IMG/VR virus record: IMGVR_UViG_3300033076_001589
Location: 1-30,105 of that record
From: a virus
Lineage: Duplodnaviria; Caudoviricetes
Reading direction: 5' to 3' (one strand)
DNA length: 30,105 nt
Shown here: positions 25,012 through 30,105 of the stretch, piece after piece
Layout: each line of letters opens with the position of its first letter
How positions within the stretch are numbered: position 1 is the first letter of the stretch
Position numbers and translations under genes: made by a program
The notes under the pieces: generated by a model
What the model saw: only the letters and a program-made list of their open reading frames with translations
Told to the model about the DNA's origin: nothing
The model's database searches: none

Positions 25012-25355
25012 GCGACACCATGAAGCTCGAACTCTGCCAGAAGGCGGTCCGTCATGTGCTGATCCAAGTGCAGGACCGGGCGGAGTTCCGCTACATCCTC
25101 GGTCCTGGAACGGAATCCTTCCGGCGGCTGATCAACGCGTTGGCAGCACTCCAAGACACCCACCCCGACGAGATGGAATCCAAGGTCCTGAGCGGCTGCC
25201 GGCAGCGCGACGAGATCATCCGCGTGATCCGGTTGGTCGATCTGAATCACCGGCTGAGACGCCAAGGGCTGGCCGAGGACACCCGTCGGACCGTGCTCCG
25301 CGAGTGCGGCTTCGACAGCGACGAGATTGACCAGGTGGTGGGAGGTGCCGCGTGA
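25008..25355 (+). CDS. Hypothetical early protein
   Basis: MSDTMKLEL...; SD and coupling. Confidence 0.65.
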   Translation: MSDTMKLELCQKAVRHVLIQVQDRAEFRYILGPGTESFRRLINALAALQDTHPDEMESKVLSGCRQRDEIIRVIRLVDLNHRLRRQGLAEDTRRTVLRECGFDSDEIDQVVGGAA

Positions 25356-25633
25356 AGACCTGCTGCATCTGCCACGCGGCGTTCCAGCCCGCGAAGTCCT
25401 ACGGCGAAGCCTGCCCGACGTGTGAGTGCGTGTGGCAGACCTGCTGCACCAGCGCCGACGAGGCCGTGCGCCACCAGGTGCCCAAGCTCTCGGCCGCAGA
25501 GGTCGAGCGTTGCCTCACCTACGAGCGCAGGCACACCCACCACCGCTCGGTGATCACCGCCCTGGAGCGCCGGCAGCGGAAGCTGGCCAAGGCCGCCGCC
25601 GTGAAGCCCTACGTGAACGGAGGTGCCGCGTGA
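25352..25633 (+). CDS. Cys-rich hypothetical protein
   Basis: CCIC...CPTC and YERRH..RSVITALE; coupled. Confidence 0.65.
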   Translation: MKTCCICHAAFQPAKSYGEACPTCECVWQTCCTSADEAVRHQVPKLSAAEVERCLTYERRHTHHRSVITALERRQRKLAKAAAVKPYVNGGAA

Positions 25634-25851
25634 ACGCCCTGTGCGCGACGTGCCGGTGGTTCCGACCGATCACCCAGGTCACCCGGCTGGGCCAGCCCCT
25701 GGGCGAGTGCCGGCGCCGCTCGCCGATGGTGTTGGAGAAGGACACCGAACGCGGCCGGCTGGTTGTCACCCGCTGGCCCCAGACGCAGCCGACCGACTTC
25801 TGCGGCCACCATGCCGCGGCCACCCCGAGCCCGGAGGGCATCCCCGCATGA
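25630..25851 (+). CDS. Small Cys4 phage protein
   Basis: CATCRWF..GECRRRSP..WP.T..DFCGHH; coupled. Confidence 0.7.
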   Translation: MNALCATCRWFRPITQVTRLGQPLGECRRRSPMVLEKDTERGRLVVTRWPQTQPTDFCGHHAAATPSPEGIPA

Positions 25852-26027
25852 ACGCGCTGCATCTCCTCGGCTGCCTGCTGGGGCTGGCCGGCACGGGCGT
25901 GCTGCTCGTCGGCGCGATCTGCTTCGCCCACCACCGCGGCGACGCCCGGATGGGCGTGGCCGACACCCAGGGCCACGAGGACCGGGGCCCAATGAATCTG
26001 GAACGCAGGAACGACAGGAACCACTAG
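25848..26027 (+). CDS. Small single-TM protein
   Basis: MNALHLLGCLLGLAGTGVLLVGAICF; coupled. Confidence 0.6.
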   Translation: MNALHLLGCLLGLAGTGVLLVGAICFAHHRGDARMGVADTQGHEDRGPMNLERRNDRNH

Positions 26028-26031
26028 ACCC

Positions 26032-26592
26032 ATGAGCACAGGACTGAAGACGAGACGAGTGAAGGTGACCGCCCCGGTGATCAAGTCACGGGCCGCGGCC
26101 GAGGCAGCGCTGGCGGAGATCCGCGCGCTGACCATCCAACGCAACTCGGCCGCGCTGGCGCGCGAGACCGAACTGCAGGCGCTCGACGAGCGCTTCCAGG
26201 GCGAGATCGAGGCGGCGAACGCCGAGATCGAGGCCCGCGCCGAGCAGCTCCGCGTGTGGGCCGAGGCGAATCCGGGCGAGTTCGGCCAGCGGCGCTCGGT
26301 GGAGTTCACCCACGGCACGCTGGGCTGGCGCACCGGCAACCCCACGCTGAAGACGCGGACCGGCTTCACCTGGGACCGCGTGCTGGAACGCCTCCGCGAG
26401 GGCGGCAAGGCGTGGGCCCGCTTCATCCGCACCAAGGAGGAGGTGGACAAGGCCAGCCTGCTGGCCGAGCGCGACGCGCTGGGCGAGGACGGCCTGAAGG
26501 CCGTGGGCGTGCGTGTGGTCCAGGAAGAGCCCTTCTTCGTGGAGCCGAAGCTGGAGGAGACCCCGGACAACCGACTGAAGGAGGCCGCATGA
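26032..26592 (+). CDS. gam: Host-nuclease inhibitor Gam
   Basis: RRSVEFTHGTLGWRTGNP, FIRTKEEVDK, VGVRVVQEEPFFVEP. Confidence 0.93.
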   Translation: MSTGLKTRRVKVTAPVIKSRAAAEAALAEIRALTIQRNSAALARETELQALDERFQGEIEAANAEIEARAEQLRVWAEANPGEFGQRRSVEFTHGTLGWRTGNPTLKTRTGFTWDRVLERLREGGKAWARFIRTKEEVDKASLLAERDALGEDGLKAVGVRVVQEEPFFVEPKLEETPDNRLKEAA

Positions 26593-26843
26593 AGCGCAGG
26601 CAGCCGAGCAGGCATCCGGCCCGGAACCGGGCGGTGAGTGAGTTCGACACGCCGGGGCCGCGGTTCGACGTGCTGGCGGCGGGCAACGATCCGCTGAAGC
26701 GGCGGCGCTTCGGCTTCGCGCCGGCGCCCGTGCCGGTGTCGGATCAGGACGGGCCGGCCACGCCGCTGACCGCGGCCGAAGTGCAACGCCTGGTGGCGGC
26801 CGGAGTGATCCGGTTCCCCCAGCCCACCGGGGAGGGCGCATGA
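26589..26843 (+). CDS. Hypothetical protein
   Basis: MKRRQPSRH...; SD and ATGA coupling. Confidence 0.55.
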   Translation: MKRRQPSRHPARNRAVSEFDTPGPRFDVLAAGNDPLKRRRFGFAPAPVPVSDQDGPATPLTAAEVQRLVAAGVIRFPQPTGEGA

Positions 26844-27076
26844 ACGTCGCCCAACAGCTCCGGCTCCACCGGCGCGGCGCCCATGTGGCGGAAGTGCTCG
26901 CGGAGGTCGAGGCCACCCTGGCGGCGCATCCCGCCGACGCCCAGTGGTTCCGGCGGGCGGGTGAGGACGTGCAGGCGGAAGCCCTCGCCCGGCTGCAGCA
27001 GGTGGACGATGCCGCCTACGTCACGCTGACACGGCTTCAACTGGCCGCCGCGCACCCGGAGGGAATCCCCGTATGA
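26840..27076 (+). CDS. Hypothetical protein
   Basis: SD and ATGA coupling. Confidence 0.6.
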   Translation: MNVAQQLRLHRRGAHVAEVLAEVEATLAAHPADAQWFRRAGEDVQAEALARLQQVDDAAYVTLTRLQLAAAHPEGIPV

Positions 27077-27315
27077 GCACGGTGAGCCAGTTCGAGTGGC
27101 CGGAGGGGCAGGTGCATGACGTGGGCAACTCGCGGGTGATCTACGGCCGGGCCGTGGGGATGATCGTCCAGGGCGTGCCCGTGATCGTGATCACGCCGGA
27201 CTTCGGGACGCTGCGGGCGCGGCACCCGGAGCTGTCGCTGGATCCGCGGACGTGTCCGGCCGTGCGCCTGGAGATCTCCAAGGACGGCACGCGCGACGTG
27301 CCGACGAAGGGATGA
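27073..27315 (+). CDS. Hypothetical protein
   Basis: SD and ATGA coupling. Confidence 0.6.
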   Translation: MSTVSQFEWPEGQVHDVGNSRVIYGRAVGMIVQGVPVIVITPDFGTLRARHPELSLDPRTCPAVRLEISKDGTRDVPTKG

Positions 27316-27578
27316 CCATGAACGCGCTGTCACTGACCATCTCCGGAGCCCAGTCGGGCGTGCCGTTGCCGGAGCGGTCCCGGCGGCCGGGGCGGCCGCG
27401 GGGGGCGTTGGCCACGGCGTTGGCCGCGCTGGAGGTGGGGGATTGCGTGGATGTGTCGGAGTTCGCCGATGCGACCCGGCTGATGAAGCGGGTGAGCCGC
27501 TACACGCAGATCTGGCGGCCACGGCGTTACCAGTCGCGGAAGCTGGACCACCTGGTGCGGGTGTGGAGGACACGATGA
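27312..27578 (+). CDS. Small phage putative DNA-binding protein (GVPLP...LEVGD...VRVWR type)
   Basis: Motif pattern common in phage early genes; coupled. Confidence 0.65.
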   Translation: MTMNALSLTISGAQSGVPLPERSRRPGRPRGALATALAALEVGDCVDVSEFADATRLMKRVSRYTQIWRPRRYQSRKLDHLVRVWRTR

Positions 27579-28120
27579 ACGCGATCCGGACGATGGAGGA
27601 CCTGATCGAGCTGGTGATGGACCGGGTGAGGCTGCGGTTCTACCACGACAAGCCGGCCCGTGAGTGGGCGCGGGACCGCAACGCGCTGATGAAGGCGGTG
27701 ATGCGCTACGGTCACGAGTGCCATCGCCGGGGCTGGCGGTTCGACGTGGAGTCGCTGGCGGTGCGGCTGCTGGAGCTGCTCAACCGCATCGAGCGGCCGA
27801 CGGGCGCGGGCTGGTTCCCGATCTACCTGGAGCAGGCGGTGGACCAGCATGTGCGGGAGCACGCGGAGGAGATTCAGGCGGCGGCGCGGGCGATCGAGTC
27901 GAAGCTGGCGGCGGTGCTGGGCCGTCTGCCGGCGGCCTCGGCGGTGCGGCCGCCGGACGCGGCGGAGATGGCGGGGGCGGTCTTCACAGAGCTGAAGCGG
28001 CGGCAGCGCGAGGCGGCCGAACGCAAGCGCCTGGACCGGGAGCTGCCGCCGGTGGAGCCGGACCTGTTCGGGGCGGGAGCACAGCGAAGGCGCGAAGGCG
28101 CGAAGGGGGAACGGAGATGA
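27575..28120 (+). CDS. Hypothetical protein
   Basis: Start MNAIRTMED with SD; coupled. Confidence 0.65.
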   Translation: MNAIRTMEDLIELVMDRVRLRFYHDKPAREWARDRNALMKAVMRYGHECHRRGWRFDVESLAVRLLELLNRIERPTGAGWFPIYLEQAVDQHVREHAEEIQAAARAIESKLAAVLGRLPAASAVRPPDAAEMAGAVFTELKRRQREAAERKRLDRELPPVEPDLFGAGAQRRREGAKGERR

Positions 28121-28272
28121 AGTGCAGCGACTGTGACGGTTCAGGCGAGTCAGCCAATCCAGGCCAGCCATGCTTCCTCTGCAATGGCAGCGGAGCGCTC
28201 TGTGATGTGTGCGGTGAAGCTGTTCGCGATGGCGGCGACGTATGCGCCCAATGCGAGGAGGAACGGCCATGA
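28117..28272 (+). CDS. Small zinc-finger protein (CxxCxGxG repeats)
   Basis: MKCSDCDGSG..CFLCNGSG..CDVC..CAQC. Confidence 0.7.
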   Translation: MKCSDCDGSGESANPGQPCFLCNGSGALCDVCGEAVRDGGDVCAQCEEERP

Positions 28273-28835
28273 CGCGCTCGCAGGCCAGGCGGCTCTACTT
28301 CCCGGCGTGGACGCGGGCGTTGCGGGCCAACTGGGAGATCAATGACTGGGCGATGCCGGTGCGGCGGGAGGGGCGGGCGTCGGCGGAGCTGGTGGCGATC
28401 GAGACGGCGGCGCTGGCGCTGGCGCGGCAGCGGTGCGGCCGGGTGTCGGCCGAGGATCTGCGGCACGCCTGCGGCATCGTGGCGTTGGGCCACGGCCGGT
28501 CGTCGAAGGAGTTCACGGACGCGGAGCTGGACCGGATGGTGGCGTTCTTCGGGCGCCTGGCGGACGGGGATGATCTGAAGGCGGTGATCGCCTGGGAGCA
28601 TCCGGAGCAGGATGCGCGGCGGCGGGTGGTGTGGGCGGTGGAGCACGCGGGCTTCCCGGAGGCTTACGTGCGGGCGATCTGCCGGGCGAAGTTCGGCACG
28701 CAGGACTGGCGGTCGCTCAACGACGGGCGGCTGCGCCAACTGATGGTAACGCTGAAGGCGCGGGCGCGGGCGCGCCGGGCACGGCAACCCGTGGAGACGA
28801 AGGTGGAGACGAATCTGGAGGGCACGAAGGCATGA
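28269..28835 (+). CDS. GemA / DUF1018-like protein
   Basis: GRSSKEFTDAELDRMVAFF and LNDGRLRQLMVTLKAR patterns; Mu synteny. Confidence 0.65.
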   Translation: MTRSQARRLYFPAWTRALRANWEINDWAMPVRREGRASAELVAIETAALALARQRCGRVSAEDLRHACGIVALGHGRSSKEFTDAELDRMVAFFGRLADGDDLKAVIAWEHPEQDARRRVVWAVEHAGFPEAYVRAICRAKFGTQDWRSLNDGRLRQLMVTLKARARARRARQPVETKVETNLEGTKA

Positions 28836-29161
28836 AGAAGGACGCTCAACTGGACCTGTTCGCGGCGGCGCCGGCGGACCCGAACGTGGGCTGGCTGGAG
28901 CGGACGTTGCTGGAGTCGCGGGAGTGGTGCCGGGCCGCGGCGCTGGCCAAGGCGAGCGGCGGGCGGCTGGATGACCGGGACGTGCGGGCGCTGGCGGCGG
29001 CGAGTCCGGCGGTGATCTCGGGCCAGTGCGGTTACAAGCATCTGGCGTGCGCGACGGCGGAGGAGATCAGCCGGTTCGTGGCGTGGATGGAGAGCCAGGG
29101 GAAGCTGATGATCGCACGGGCGGAGCGGGTCCGCCGGCAGGCGCATGGGAGGATCGGATGA
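28832..29161 (+). CDS. Putative winged-helix protein
   Basis: AAALAK..DDRDVRALA..VISGQCGYK..TAEEI. Confidence 0.6.
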   Translation: MKKDAQLDLFAAAPADPNVGWLERTLLESREWCRAAALAKASGGRLDDRDVRALAAASPAVISGQCGYKHLACATAEEISRFVAWMESQGKLMIARAERVRRQAHGRIG

Positions 29162-29523
29162 ACGTGCTGCTGTTCCAGGGCCGGTTCGAGGCGTTGATCG
29201 TGAGCGGGCAGAAGGTCCACACGATCCGGCCGCATCGCCGGGATGGCCGGCCGCGGGCGCGGGTGGGCGAGGCGCTGTCACTGCGGGTGTGGTCGGGGCT
29301 GCCGTATCGATCGCCGCAGCGGGAGTTCGCGCGGGTGGTGGTGACGCAGGTGGGCGAGTGCATCATCGGCACGCACGCGGCGATGGTGGATTCGGTGATC
29401 ATGGATTCGGAGCCGTTCGCCCACGCGGACGGGTTCGTCTCCTGGGAAGAGCTGGCTTGCTGGTTCCGCGCCACGCATGGGCTGCCCTTCAGGGGCGAGC
29501 TGATCCGATGGAGGATTGACTGA
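29158..29523 (+). CDS. ASCH/PUA-like protein
   Basis: FEALIVSGQKVHTIR, FAHADGF..WF..HGLPFRG.LIRW. Confidence 0.8.
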   Translation: MNVLLFQGRFEALIVSGQKVHTIRPHRRDGRPRARVGEALSLRVWSGLPYRSPQREFARVVVTQVGECIIGTHAAMVDSVIMDSEPFAHADGFVSWEELACWFRATHGLPFRGELIRWRID

Positions 29524-29835
29524 ATGGCGGGCGGGCGTCTCAAGGGCGGGACCGGGGGGCAGCAGGAGGAGCTGCCTCTGTTCGTGCCGTTGGTCTCGAC
29601 GCCGCAGGGGGACGGGTCGTTCGTGGTGCGCCCTGGGAAGCCGATCGAGTGGCTGTCGCCGAAGCAGTTCGCCCAGGCGGTGGGGCTGCACCGGAACACG
29701 ATCTACGGCTACATCGGGAGCGAGTTCATCCCGGAGCGGTTCGTGCAGCCGGCCGGGGTCCAGCGGCTGAAGATCAACGCCGCGGCGGTGGAGCATTTCC
29801 AGGCGGTGAGCCGGCGGCTTCGGGATGGGGTCTAG
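29524..29835 (+). CDS. MerR/excisionase-like HTH protein (last early gene; candidate late regulator)
   Basis: WLSPKQFAQAVGLHRNTIYGYI. Confidence 0.75.
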   Translation: MAGGRLKGGTGGQQEELPLFVPLVSTPQGDGSFVVRPGKPIEWLSPKQFAQAVGLHRNTIYGYIGSEFIPERFVQPAGVQRLKINAAAVEHFQAVSRRLRDGV

Positions 29836-29841
29836 GGACCC

Positions 29842-29979
29842 TTTTCAAACATTTCTCGGGCGGGCCGTTTCGGGCGTTTCATCCATTTCTCACGCTGCGG
29901 CCGTTTCAATCTTCGCAAGTCGTTGGTATCTGGCGTCCTTCGGGCTCCTTCAGGCTGTTTCAACCTTTTCTCTCTGTCA
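29842..29979. other. Prophage end: transposase-binding repeats and terminal CA
   Basis: TTTTCAAACATTTCTC (29842), GTTTCATCCATTTCTC (29876), GTTTCAATCTT (29903), GTTTCAACCTTTTCTC (29957), then TCTGTCA; GTTTCA matches the MuA site core. Confidence 0.8.
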
Positions 29980-30035
29980 TGGCGGAGCGCCTGCTCGGCG
30001 TCGGCGGCGGCCGGTGCAAAGGCGGCCGCTTTCAT
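29980..30035 (-). pseudogene. 5' fragment of a flanking gene interrupted by the insertion
   Basis: MKAAAFAPAAADAEQALRH runs into the phage end; ATGA-coupled to an upstream ORF ending ...QLAIAKKAVAP. Confidence 0.5.
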
Positions 30036-30105
30036 GGCGCCACCGCCTTCTTCGCGATAGCCAACTGACGCGCGTCAGCGTCCGCCTCCGCCTCGCGCGC
30101 GTACC

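Larger units (their letters stand above)
1..29979. mobile_element. Mu-like transposable prophage (partial; continues beyond left edge)
   Basis: Transposase A/B, Gam, GemA-like, DUF3486-like, terminase, DUF935-like portal, Mu-type protease and gp36-like genes in phage synteny; Mu-type end at 29979. Confidence 0.95.

Noticed and set aside
1-30105. tRNA/rRNA, integrase, invertase, reverse transcriptase/DGR, mom or methylase
   Set aside because: No supporting motifs seen; the 57-bp repeat pair differs by one T/C change, not the adenine-specific pattern of a DGR

Overview
Almost the whole window (1-29979) is one arm of a GC-rich, transposable (Mu-like) prophage. It has a B3/BcepMu-type layout. 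A central repressor/Ner-like switch (~18.3 kb) drives a rightward early operon: ParB-like protein, DDE transposase A, AAA transposase B, Gam, GemA-like, ASCH, HTH. That operon runs out to a Mu-type end with GTTTCA repeats and a terminal CA at 29979. Leftward lie a moron block (lipoprotein, TM2 protein, truncated SNase, dTMP kinase), a 4-copy palindromic 27-bp array, and the late operon: holin-like fusion, Mu gp25/26/27-like genes, terminase, portal, protease/scaffold, decoration protein, capsid, head-completion genes and tail fibre/tailspike genes. The last tailspike gene runs off the left edge and is missing from the ORF track. The most unusual points are: tail fibre/spike and decoration proteins with signal peptides or a membrane anchor; a holin-lipoprotein fusion with no visible endolysin; a recurrent AANE motif that may be the prohead protease site; the palindromic array ahead of the late operon; and antisense genes nested inside translationally coupled sense ORFs. 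All product calls come from motif recognition and synteny by eye; no database search was run. A Verrucomicrobia/PVC-type host is a guess from repeat style and SD-less starts.
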